Shown one piece after another: positions 47,224-56,249 of a DNA stretch of 64,000 bases. Each line of letters opens with the position of its first letter. Position 1 is the stretch's first letter. The stretch lies in the NCBI GenBank assembly GCA_965261395.1, contig OZ253462.1:6048001-6112000 (forward strand), in the 5' to 3' direction. The notes below the pieces were generated by a model, which worked only from the letters and a program-made list of their open reading frames with translations, searched no databases and was not told the origin of the DNA. The translations under genes and the position numbers were made by a program. The stretch is from Candidatus Latescibacterota bacterium (GTDB taxonomy: Bacteria > Latescibacterota > UBA2968 > UBA8231).

Positions 47224-48777
47224 ATGTGGACATTGCACTGGGTTAAATCGAAGCGGGCCATCTTCGCCCTGATAATCGCTCTGACCACGACCGTTGGTGC
47301 CCAGCCGAGCGCTCCGACCGATACCACTATCGCGGGCCGCAGCTACACCCTGCTTGAGGCCGGGGAATTAATGGATCTCCTAAGCACGGCCAGGGACCAT
47401 AGCCGTCTTGCTTTACGGCAAACAGCCGTAAGGGGTCGCCTCTCCAGCTTAGCGGCTAATCTCGACACCGTGCGGGCGGCGCTGGAATTGACCGATGTGC
47501 TTTTCCTCGACGAAGTTTTGCTGGCCGAGGTTGTTTTTCTCGGTCCGGTGATCTTTTTTCGTACTACCTTTGCCGCGGACCTTTCCCTAGCTGAAGCGCA
47601 ATTCTTGCAATCCTTTGCCCTGCGAGAATGCGAGGTAAGGCAAAAAACCAACCTTAGAGATGCTCGCTTCACCGCCACGGCCGACTTCAGCCAAAGTCAC
47701 CTCGCCGCCGTATTTTCCTGCGCCGGAGCCCACTTCAGCGACGCCACTTTCGCGCGCCTGCGCTGCGGGGGCGGCGCCTATTTTGAGGACGTTCTTTTTG
47801 CCGGCCAAGTCGATTTCAGCGACGCCCGCTTTGCTGGTGTCGCCTCGTTCAAAGCGGCGCGCTGGCGCGCTCCCGTCTCCTTTGCCGGGGCGCGCTTTCT
47901 GGACCGGTCTTTTTTTTGGCAAGCCCAATTCGCCGCCGCCGATTTTTCCAGCGCCCGCTTTGCCGGGGAAACCTCGTTTAAGCAAGCCGCTTTCGCGCAG
48001 CGGGCGGCTTTCGCAAATATCGCTTTCGCCCACTCTGCCCACTTCGAACAAGCCCGTTTTGACGACGGAGCCGTCTTCGACGGCAGCATCTTCGCCAAAG
48101 AAGCGGTCTTTACCGGTGTCCACAGCGACAACGATCTCCTGCTCAATGCCCTTTTTCGCATCAGCCTCGACTTGCGCCACCTAGTCGCCCCCAGCTTGGA
48201 TCTGCGGCCTTCCGCCACCATGCCCGACTCGCTGCTGGGCCCTAAAGCCCAGCTCTTGCTGCAAAACGCGCGTTTCCAGCGCCTGTTCTCCACCTGGGAT
48301 CATTTGCGCGGCCACTTAGCCCAGCCCCCAGAGCAGGCCAACTACGATCTGGATCGCGTCTATGCCGGTCTGCGCCACCAGTTCCTCCTCTCCGGCATGG
48401 CCGCCGATGCCCGCGGCTGTTATATAGAGTCGCTGGATCGCCGTCGCCACCACCTGCCCTGGACCTCTACCGAGCGCTACGCCCTCATCGCCTTTGACCT
48501 GAGTTCGCGCTACGGCACCGACTTGGAGCGCCTAGCCCTAGTCGCTTTGGCCTGGGTGGCGCTCTTTGCCCTGCTATACCGTTGGTTGCTGATAGATGAT
48601 CGTCGGCTGCCCCTAGTGGAGTGCCTGCTTTTTAGCCTGCATACTTTTTTTATTGCGGGCGCGGCATCAGTGCGTCCCCAGGGCAAATTGCGCTTCCTGG
48701 TCCTGTTTCAGGCCCTTTCCGGCTGGCTCTTCTGGGGCCTTTGCACTGCCGTCCTGCTCTCCTTTTTATTGCGCTGA
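47224..48777 (+). CDS. Pentapeptide-repeat protein with a C-terminal 2-TM ion-channel-like domain
   Basis: Repeated xFxxAxF units (ADFSSARFAGETSFKQAAF), SRYGT, then TM - FSLHTF pore-like helix - TM. Confidence 0.78.
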   Translation: MWTLHWVKSKRAIFALIIALTTTVGAQPSAPTDTTIAGRSYTLLEAGELMDLLSTARDHSRLALRQTAVRGRLSSLAANLDTVRAALELTDVLFLDEVLLAEVVFLGPVIFFRTTFAADLSLAEAQFLQSFALRECEVRQKTNLRDARFTATADFSQSHLAAVFSCAGAHFSDATFARLRCGGGAYFEDVLFAGQVDFSDARFAGVASFKAARWRAPVSFAGARFLDRSFFWQAQFAAADFSSARFAGETSFKQAAFAQRAAFANIAFAHSAHFEQARFDDGAVFDGSIFAKEAVFTGVHSDNDLLLNALFRISLDLRHLVAPSLDLRPSATMPDSLLGPKAQLLLQNARFQRLFSTWDHLRGHLAQPPEQANYDLDRVYAGLRHQFLLSGMAADARGCYIESLDRRRHHLPWTSTERYALIAFDLSSRYGTDLERLALVALAWVALFALLYRWLLIDDRRLPLVECLLFSLHTFFIAGAASVRPQGKLRFLVLFQALSGWLFWGLCTAVLLSFLLR

Positions 48778-48780
48778 TTC

Positions 48781-50439
48781 ATGTTTCGCTCCGTCTGGGT
48801 CCTTTTCCTGTTCCCATTGCTGGTGGCCTGTAGCCGGGAAGAACCGACGCAGTCCCTGCGCTTTGTCGATGTCGCCCAGACGGCCGGTCTTGACTTTGTA
48901 CACTACAACGGTGCCCAGGGCGACTATTTCTATGTAGAGACTTTTGGCTCGGGAGCTGCTTTCTTGGACTACGATGGCGACGGCTGGCAGGATATCTATT
49001 TGGTCAACTCCACGTATCTCACCGGCCTGGCCCCCCAGCCCCTGCCGACCGATAAACTCTACCGCAACCGGGGCGACGGCCGCTTTGACGCCGCTTCCGG
49101 CAGCGGCGATAGCGGCTACGGCACGGGGGTGGCCGCCGCCGACTGGGACAACGACGGCGACCAGGACTTATACGTGACCCGCTTTGGTCCCAACGCTTTA
49201 TACCGCAACGATGCGGGAAAGTTCACCGACAGCGACAGCGCCAAACGGGCGGGCGTCGACGATGGCCGCTGGGGTGCCAGTTGCGGTTTTCTAGACTACG
49301 ACCTAGACGGTGACCTCGATCTCTTCGTCGCTAACTACGTGGACTTCACTACAGCCAACAACATCGTCTGCAAGCGGGGCGATATCCACACCTACTGCGA
49401 CCCGGACGAATACGGCCCAACGAGCGATCTGCTCTACCGCAACGACGGCCAAAGCCAATTCACCGACATCACCTATGAGGCGGGCATCACATTAGAGGGT
49501 CCTGGTTTGGGCGTGGCCTTTTCTGACTACGACTGGGATGGGGATACCGATATCTACGTGGCCAACGACGGCACGCTAAACTTCCTTTATGAGAACCGCC
49601 AGACCCACTTCGTCGAAACAGGTCTGACGACCGGGGGCCGCTACAACCAGGACGGCCGCGCCGAGGCCGGCATGGGCGTGGACTTTGGCGACTGGGACAA
49701 CGACGGCAATCAGGACCTGTTCGTCACCAATTTCGCCCACGAGACCAATACGCTCTACCACAACGACGGTCAGGGCCAATTCGCCGATATCAGCGCTGGC
49801 GTCGGCCTCTTCGAGCCCAGCTACAATCCCCTCGGTTTCGGCACTAAATTCCTCGACGTCGATCTGGACGGCGACCTCGATTTGTTCGTCGCCAACGGCC
49901 ACGTCCTCGACATCGTGGAACAGATCGACTCTACACTTAGTTATGCCCAGACCAACCAGATTTTGCGCAACGAGACCAACGCCTGGGACGCAGTCTCCAC
50001 CGAGCCAAAGCTCAGAAAATTTGTCGATATTTCCTCCACTTTGGGTCCCAGTTTTGCCACCCCCAACGTCGGCCGCGGCGCAGCTTTGGCCGACTACGAC
50101 AACGACGGCGATCTCGATCTGCTGGTTTGCGCTGTGGCCAGCCCCGCGCGCCTCTTGCGCAATGATGTCGGCAAACAAAACCACTGGCTCCTAGTCGAAT
50201 TAGTCGGCCGCCAGCAGCGCGACGCAATCGGCACCCTAGTCGCCGTCACGGCTGGGGTCCACCGCCAAGTGCGGGAACGCCAGTCCGGCGGCAGCTACCT
50301 TTCCAGCCATGACCACCGCCTGCACTTTGGTTTGGGCGCCGTTGCTAGGGTGGATATGGAGGTGCGCTGGCCCGATGGCACTGTGCAGACGCTGGCTGAT
50401 GTCGCAGCCGATCAGATTTTGCGCCTGGTGCAGCCGTAG
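48781..50439 (+). CDS. CRTAC1 / FG-GAP repeat protein with ASPIC-UnbV domain
   Basis: Repeated DxDxDGxxDL motifs, C-terminal GGSYLSSHDHRLHFGLG..VRWPDG, lipobox LVAC. Confidence 0.93.
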   Translation: MFRSVWVLFLFPLLVACSREEPTQSLRFVDVAQTAGLDFVHYNGAQGDYFYVETFGSGAAFLDYDGDGWQDIYLVNSTYLTGLAPQPLPTDKLYRNRGDGRFDAASGSGDSGYGTGVAAADWDNDGDQDLYVTRFGPNALYRNDAGKFTDSDSAKRAGVDDGRWGASCGFLDYDLDGDLDLFVANYVDFTTANNIVCKRGDIHTYCDPDEYGPTSDLLYRNDGQSQFTDITYEAGITLEGPGLGVAFSDYDWDGDTDIYVANDGTLNFLYENRQTHFVETGLTTGGRYNQDGRAEAGMGVDFGDWDNDGNQDLFVTNFAHETNTLYHNDGQGQFADISAGVGLFEPSYNPLGFGTKFLDVDLDGDLDLFVANGHVLDIVEQIDSTLSYAQTNQILRNETNAWDAVSTEPKLRKFVDISSTLGPSFATPNVGRGAALADYDNDGDLDLLVCAVASPARLLRNDVGKQNHWLLVELVGRQQRDAIGTLVAVTAGVHRQVRERQSGGSYLSSHDHRLHFGLGAVARVDMEVRWPDGTVQTLADVAADQILRLVQP

Positions 50440-50461
50440 GAACTTTCACCGGAGGAACACT

Positions 50462-51238
50462 ATGGGCACACTGAACATCCCCGTCCGCTACTGGGCCATG
50501 CACAGCGGCTCGCCGCAAGAAAATTTGGAGTCCAATGTCCACTACGTGAAACCCGTATGGGATATCGAAACCGCAGAGGCCGCCCTAATTATGGTAGATA
50601 TATGGGGTTCGCACGCCTGGAAGAGCCACATGGATCGGTCCATGGACATTGCGGCGAAAAAAATCGTGCCGCTGGTGGAAGCGGCCCGCACGGCGGGTGT
50701 GACCATCGCCCATGCCCCCGCCCCCTTAGCGGCGAAAAAATATCCGCAGTGGACGCGATTCGCCGCCGCTGCCGACATCGACCCGCCACTAGAGCCGCCC
50801 CCGCCTTGGCCTGCCGAAGATTTTCGCCTGCGCATGGGAGTCTACGAAAAATATGCGCTGGTGTCCCCGCAAAAACCGCCCCATGTCCGGGAGGCGGAAG
50901 ATATCGCCGACTTGGTCGCACCCCAGCCGGAGGATCTGGTCGTCGCCACGGGCAACCAACTCCACAGAGCCTTGAGCTACCGGTGCATCCTCCATCTGTT
51001 CTACGTCGGCTTTGCCACCAACTCCTGTGTTATATTGCGGGACTACGGCATGTACGCCATGCGCCGTTTGGGGTACAATACCGTGCTGCTGCGCGACTGC
51101 ACCACGGCAATTGAAAATAGCCAAACCGTCGCCGATGTGGGCATGACCCGATTTGCCATCATGGACATTGAGCGCAGCAGCGCCAGCGCCACATCCGCTG
51201 ATTTTATCAAAGCCTGTGAAACCAGTCTCGAAGTATAA
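50462..51238 (+). CDS. Isochorismatase/cysteine hydrolase family protein
   Basis: RBS GGAGG; ALIMVDIW, YVGFATNSCV, GYNTVLLRDCT. Confidence 0.82.
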   Translation: MGTLNIPVRYWAMHSGSPQENLESNVHYVKPVWDIETAEAALIMVDIWGSHAWKSHMDRSMDIAAKKIVPLVEAARTAGVTIAHAPAPLAAKKYPQWTRFAAAADIDPPLEPPPPWPAEDFRLRMGVYEKYALVSPQKPPHVREAEDIADLVAPQPEDLVVATGNQLHRALSYRCILHLFYVGFATNSCVILRDYGMYAMRRLGYNTVLLRDCTTAIENSQTVADVGMTRFAIMDIERSSASATSADFIKACETSLEV

Positions 51239-51248
51239 GGAGCGAAAT

Positions 51249-52193
51249 ATGCCAGCGCTAGAAACGAGAGCTTTTGCCAAAACCGGGATGCAGCCCAAAT
51301 CTCTGGGCCTGGGCGGGGCCTGGTGGGGCACCGGAACGGAGGCCGAATGCATTGCCGGCATCCACCGAGCCACCGAGCTGGGCTTTAATTACCTGGATAC
51401 ATACCCCGAACTCGAAACGTGGTGGGGTAAAGCCCTAGCCGGCGGCAGAAGGCACAATATATACCTGCAAGCCAAGGTCACTACTAATGGCCCCCAAGAG
51501 ACGATTTCAGATCACTCGGGGCCGCAAACGCGCCGCAGCGTGGAAGCCAGCTTAAGGCGCTTGCGAACGGACTATCTCGACAATGTCCTCATCCACGGCT
51601 ACGACGAGCCCGAGGACGTTGGCAGCAAGGAGGGCATGGTGGATCCGCTGGCTCCGGGCCATGCCTTGGATGAACTGGTAAAGATGAAAGAAGAGGGTTC
51701 AATCCGCCACCTCGGCATTGGAGCACGCAATTCGGCCGTGCACCGCCGGGCGATCGAGACCGGCCAAATAGAAATCTGCCTCACTTATCTAGAGTACAAC
51801 TTGTTCAATACGGCCGCAGCTGTGGATCTATTTCCCCGCGCCCGCCAGTGCCAAGTAGGTCTCATTCTCGCCAGTCCCCTCGGCATGGGACTGTTGACGG
51901 GCGATGAAAAAGTATTCGAGCGCTCGGCGGCCTACTTCGACAACCGCGAATACCCCGAACGCGAACTCCGTCCGGCGGTTCGCGCCCGGGCCATGTGGGA
52001 CTGGTGTCGGAAACGAGACGTGAACATCCGCCATCTGGCCATCCAGTTTTGCCTGGCGGCGCCCATCAGCAGCATTGTCCTGCCCGGTGCGGCCTCAAAG
52101 ACGCAGGTCGAAGAAGCCTACGAGGCGGCTACGGCGGATATTGCTCCCGAGATATGGCGCGATTTCGAGGTGGAATTCGGGGTGGGGATTTAG
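51249..52193 (+). CDS. Aldo/keto reductase
   Basis: LGLGG, GFNYLDT, SVEASLRRLRTDYLD..LIH, SPLGMGLL. Confidence 0.88.
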   Translation: MPALETRAFAKTGMQPKSLGLGGAWWGTGTEAECIAGIHRATELGFNYLDTYPELETWWGKALAGGRRHNIYLQAKVTTNGPQETISDHSGPQTRRSVEASLRRLRTDYLDNVLIHGYDEPEDVGSKEGMVDPLAPGHALDELVKMKEEGSIRHLGIGARNSAVHRRAIETGQIEICLTYLEYNLFNTAAAVDLFPRARQCQVGLILASPLGMGLLTGDEKVFERSAAYFDNREYPERELRPAVRARAMWDWCRKRDVNIRHLAIQFCLAAPISSIVLPGAASKTQVEEAYEAATADIAPEIWRDFEVEFGVGI

Positions 52194-52213
52194 GTACTAG
52201 GGTCCATCGGGGT

Positions 52214-53596
52214 CTATCTCTCCGCCAATACTCGGACTGAGAATTTTTGGCGCAGCGCATCCAAGTGCCGACGCTCTTGTTCCTCTTTGGCCCGCCGCTC
52301 GGCCCGCCGTTGCGAAGCCCGATCCCACTGGCCCCCTGCTCGCACTTTGTCCACTATGACAAACACGGAGAACTTTCCGGCCCACTCCATCGGCCCCCCG
52401 ACGGCGTTGATCTCCATCCCTTTGGCGCGCTCGTAGCGCATCGATGGCATGGTATATGGGCTGAGCGTTACGCGCCCCCCGCTTGCCCCGACGCCCTGGG
52501 AGAATATTGGCACCAGTAGCTCTGGATCGACACCCCGCGCTATTTCTAGGCGCAAATCTTGGGCCAATTTGCGATTGTGGACCACAATCTCGGTGATGGT
52601 GATGGCCTCATAGGCGGGAAATTGATCGGGATGACGCGCAAAATAACTTCGCGCCGCTGCTGGGGATATGTCGATCTGTTCCAGATAATAGCTCAGGAGT
52701 ACATCCTCGGCGATGGTTCTGAGTTTTGCCTGTAGCTCGGGTTCCTTGTCGATACCATTTTGCTGTGCTGCGGCAAAATAGAGATCGGAGATACGTGCAC
52801 TGTTGGGCCCGACGGACAAGGAATCGAACTTGCGCAAGCCAGATGGATGGTCCTTAGCCGTGCCGCTGGCGTATTTATCGCGCAGAGAGAGCCCGAGAGC
52901 CCGCTCCATCTTTACCCTGATACGGGAGTGCAGGCCGCGTTCAATAAGCTGTCGCACGGCGATGAGAGGGACGCGCTTTTCAGCGAGAACTTTAAAAGCC
53001 ACAAAGACGGTATCCGCTTTGATCGGCAGAGGGAGAGCTGGGGAAATGGATCCTACGGGCAGAGCGAACAATTCGTCGGCCACTTGCTCATTGACCTGTC
53101 CTTTGAGCACATAACCGGAGAGACCCAAAATGGATTTTTCCGCGGCCAAGTCCTCTACCGCGGCGGCTTTTGTCGCTCTTGCAGAATAGATAAACTTGAG
53201 ACCGCGATTCCCGTTTGCATCATAGTATTCCTGCAGAATATCTTCTGCTGTCACGACGATTTTCGCGTCGACCTGGCGCTCGAGATAAGATTCAATCACC
53301 GCATCTCGCCACCGGCGCTCCAACCGGCGCACAAAAACCGGGTCAGCGGCCATATCGACACTGCGGGCCTCTAGCAGCAGCACCCTTCTGGCGATGAGCT
53401 GTTGCAGCGGATCGCTCGTATCGGAGATTGCAGTGCCGACTCTTATAGCTGTTTTTTCCCTCCGCTCCGCAAAATCGCGAAGTTCTGCCGCAGTGATTTT
53501 TTCATCCCCGACCAAGGCGATGACCTCCGTCTCGGGCTGGCCGCAGCTAAAAAGGAGCGGGCAAAGGAATGCGATTAAGCGTTTTAATTTTATCAT
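52214..53596 (-). CDS. PrsA/SurA-like PpiC-domain lipoprotein (degenerate)
   Basis: Lipobox LFSC, IALVGDEKIT, two parvulin-like segments; paralogous to 56250-57938. Confidence 0.7.
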   Translation of the reverse strand: MIKLKRLIAFLCPLLFSCGQPETEVIALVGDEKITAAELRDFAERREKTAIRVGTAISDTSDPLQQLIARRVLLLEARSVDMAADPVFVRRLERRWRDAVIESYLERQVDAKIVVTAEDILQEYYDANGNRGLKFIYSARATKAAAVEDLAAEKSILGLSGYVLKGQVNEQVADELFALPVGSISPALPLPIKADTVFVAFKVLAEKRVPLIAVRQLIERGLHSRIRVKMERALGLSLRDKYASGTAKDHPSGLRKFDSLSVGPNSARISDLYFAAAQQNGIDKEPELQAKLRTIAEDVLLSYYLEQIDISPAAARSYFARHPDQFPAYEAITITEIVVHNRKLAQDLRLEIARGVDPELLVPIFSQGVGASGGRVTLSPYTMPSMRYERAKGMEINAVGGPMEWAGKFSVFVIVDKVRAGGQWDRASQRRAERRAKEEQERRHLDALRQKFSVRVLAER

Positions 53597-53688
53597 TACA
53601 ATAAGATCGGCGGAGCAACTCGTCCGGTGAATAAACGGTACACACCCTACCGGGCCCACAGCCCAATTAAACCGCCTAGGTTGCCATT

Positions 53689-56244
53689 TTGAGCCGCGGT
53701 GCCCACATCTTCCTGCTGGTCCTGTTCTTCCTTTCCGGTGCCTGTACCTTGGTATATCAGGTGATATGGGTGAGAATGCTGGTCCTCGTATTCGGCACCG
53801 GGGCTTTTGCGGTCAGCACGGTCCTAACAGCTTTTATGGCGGGGTTGGCGCTGGGTAGCTTCTACTTCGGGCGCCTGGCCGACAAGAGCGAAAACAACCT
53901 GCGCCTCTACGCCTTCCTCGAGCTGGGCATCGCCGCCTTTGCTCTGGCTTTCCCCTTAATCCTTAGCGGACTGGACGAAATCCACACCTGGCTCTACCAG
54001 CAACTGGAGTCGACGCCCTATGTCTTTGCACTCATGCGCTTCCCGCTTTGTTTCCTCGTCCTGCTCATTCCCACTACGCTAATGGGGGGCACCCTGCCGA
54101 TTCTGATCCGCTTTGCAACTCGGCACATGTCGCAGGTGGGTTGGAGTGTGGGGACCTTGTATGCCGCCAATACGTTCGGAGCCGCCTGCGGGGTCGGGGC
54201 CGCGGCTTATCTGACCATCGAGTATTTGGGCATCAGCGGCACGACTACAGTCGCCGTTGTTGGCAATGTCCTCATTGCGGTCTTTTCCCTGATGTGGTAT
54301 CGCCGTTTGTCGGACTCAGCCGAGCCATACCGGGTGAGTCCAGGCCAAAGAAACAACGCGCAGCAAAAGAATCCTCCAGCACTACCGAACTGGCTGGTGC
54401 AATGGACGCTTTTGGTCTTTTGCGCATCGGGTTTCACCGCTCTGGGATACGAAGTGCTGTGGACGCGGGTGCTGACCATGATACTGGGGCTGAGCACGGC
54501 CCAAAGTCTCAGCATCATCCTGATCGCCTTCTTGCTCGGTCTGGCACTCGGAGGGGCCATCGCTTCTCGTTTTGTCGACCGCTGGCCGGATCTGCTCATT
54601 GCATTCGGCACCGTTGAGATACTCCTAGGCCTGTTTGGTCATATCTCCATCGGCGCATTCGGCGCTAGCACCCATTTCATTCCATATCTCAGTGCGCTTA
54701 CCTCGTGGACGGGCTATCTTTTCGCAACAGCTACCTTGATTTTCTGGATCACGCTCATTCCCACCTGTCTGCTGGGAGTGCTCTTGCCGCTCGTAGGACA
54801 ACTCAACGCTACGCATTTAAAGACCTTGGGCACAAAAATCGGCAAGGTCTACGCCGTCAATTCACTGGGATCTATCGGTGGCGCTTTTGGCGCCGGTTTT
54901 TTATTGATTCCGCTACTGGGCACAGAGCGCGCGGTGCAAGTCTTGGCCTGGACCAACATCGCCTTGGGGGCGGTGCTGCTGCTGGTCCATCCAAACGCCA
55001 GTCGCCGTTTTAAGCTGCAAGCCATAGGCCTGCCTGTCGGCGCGGTGCTGCTGCTGACTTGGGCCATGCCGAGCAATCTTTTTATCGCGCTGTTCACAAA
55101 TACAGAAAAAGACAGCGAGCTTGTCTATTACCGCGAGGGTACTGCTGGGACGGTAACGGTCCATCAAATGGACCACGGCAACCGCATCCTCAAAGTAAAT
55201 GGCATGGGAGAAGTGCCGACAGACCATGCATCAATCAAAATTTTTCGACTCCTCGGCAATCTGCCGATGATCCTGCACAGCGATCCCCGGCAAGTCCTGG
55301 TGATTGCCTTCGGGGGCGGCGTTACCCTCAGTTCGGTCTTGCTCCACCAACCCGAGCGGGTGGATTGCGTCGAAGTCGTACCCGGTGTGGTCGAGGCCGC
55401 CGATTTTTTTGCCCGCTACAACAACTACGTCTTCAACAGGGTGGGCACGGATCGCCTCCGACTAATCCACGGCGACGGCAGAAACCACGTGATGCGGACA
55501 CCAGAGCGCTACGATATCATTATCGCCGACGCGACCCATCCCGGCACGGCGGATAGCTGGGTGCTGTATACGGAAGAATTCTACCAGCTCTGCCGCCAGC
55601 GACTCAAAACAGCAGGCTTGATAGCCCAGTGGATCCCCCTGCACGGGCTGGCCGTAGCCGACTACGAGATGATCTTGCGAACATTTCGCGCGGTTTTCCC
55701 CCACGCGACCCTGTGGCTGACCGACAAATACTCCATTGTGCTGGGTGCAAACCAGCCTCAACACATCGACTTTGAACTATTGGCACAACGACTGTCAGCA
55801 GCGGCTTTGCAAGAATCTCTGCAAGAGGTAGATCTGGCCGATCCGCTTTCTTTCGCCGGGACCCTGGCCCTGGACGAGCGCGCTTTTTCAGACTACGCCG
55901 GCCATGGCCCTTTGAACACCGACGACCGACCCTATATAAGCTTTACCGATCGCCGGCGCAGGGATACGGGCGCCGGCCTGCCCGCTCTGGCAAGCCTGTT
56001 GCCCCACCTAGTGGTGGAGGCAGATGAGTCTCTTTTCAACATGGACGAAGAGGAGAAACAAAACATCGAGCGCCGCCTCCGATCTCGTAAGTACTCGATC
56101 GAGGGCGCGGTGTCCCTGCTAAACGACAAAACAGGCGACGCGATGTGGCACTACAGACAGGCCCGCAAAACCGATCCGAACGAAAGAACGGCCCTGCGGG
56201 CCCTGAGAAGGTTAGAAGGAGCCGGCCAGCGGCCAAAAAAATAA
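53689..56244 (+). CDS. Fused MFS-like membrane domain and spermidine-synthase-type SAM-binding domain
   Basis: SGACTLVYQVIW repeated as SGFTALGYEVLW, LYAANTFG, VLVIAFGGG, DGRNH, YDIIIAD, LYTEEFY, NTDDRP. Confidence 0.9.
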   Translation: MSRGAHIFLLVLFFLSGACTLVYQVIWVRMLVLVFGTGAFAVSTVLTAFMAGLALGSFYFGRLADKSENNLRLYAFLELGIAAFALAFPLILSGLDEIHTWLYQQLESTPYVFALMRFPLCFLVLLIPTTLMGGTLPILIRFATRHMSQVGWSVGTLYAANTFGAACGVGAAAYLTIEYLGISGTTTVAVVGNVLIAVFSLMWYRRLSDSAEPYRVSPGQRNNAQQKNPPALPNWLVQWTLLVFCASGFTALGYEVLWTRVLTMILGLSTAQSLSIILIAFLLGLALGGAIASRFVDRWPDLLIAFGTVEILLGLFGHISIGAFGASTHFIPYLSALTSWTGYLFATATLIFWITLIPTCLLGVLLPLVGQLNATHLKTLGTKIGKVYAVNSLGSIGGAFGAGFLLIPLLGTERAVQVLAWTNIALGAVLLLVHPNASRRFKLQAIGLPVGAVLLLTWAMPSNLFIALFTNTEKDSELVYYREGTAGTVTVHQMDHGNRILKVNGMGEVPTDHASIKIFRLLGNLPMILHSDPRQVLVIAFGGGVTLSSVLLHQPERVDCVEVVPGVVEAADFFARYNNYVFNRVGTDRLRLIHGDGRNHVMRTPERYDIIIADATHPGTADSWVLYTEEFYQLCRQRLKTAGLIAQWIPLHGLAVADYEMILRTFRAVFPHATLWLTDKYSIVLGANQPQHIDFELLAQRLSAAALQESLQEVDLADPLSFAGTLALDERAFSDYAGHGPLNTDDRPYISFTDRRRRDTGAGLPALASLLPHLVVEADESLFNMDEEEKQNIERRLRSRKYSIEGAVSLLNDKTGDAMWHYRQARKTDPNERTALRALRRLEGAGQRPKK

Positions 56245-56249
56245 AGAAA

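Noticed and set aside
47480-48150. Periodic TTT/TTC GCC pattern that could suggest a CRISPR or DNA repeat array
   Set aside because: It is explained by pentapeptide protein repeats, and there are no identical repeats with unique spacers.
48950-50120. Recurring GAC..GACGGCGAC motifs
   Set aside because: These encode the FG-GAP DxDxDG repeats of CRTAC1.
53635-53652. Half-REP-like GTAGGGTGTGTAC on the minus strand
   Set aside because: It has no complementary arm and little similarity to the two clear REP copies.
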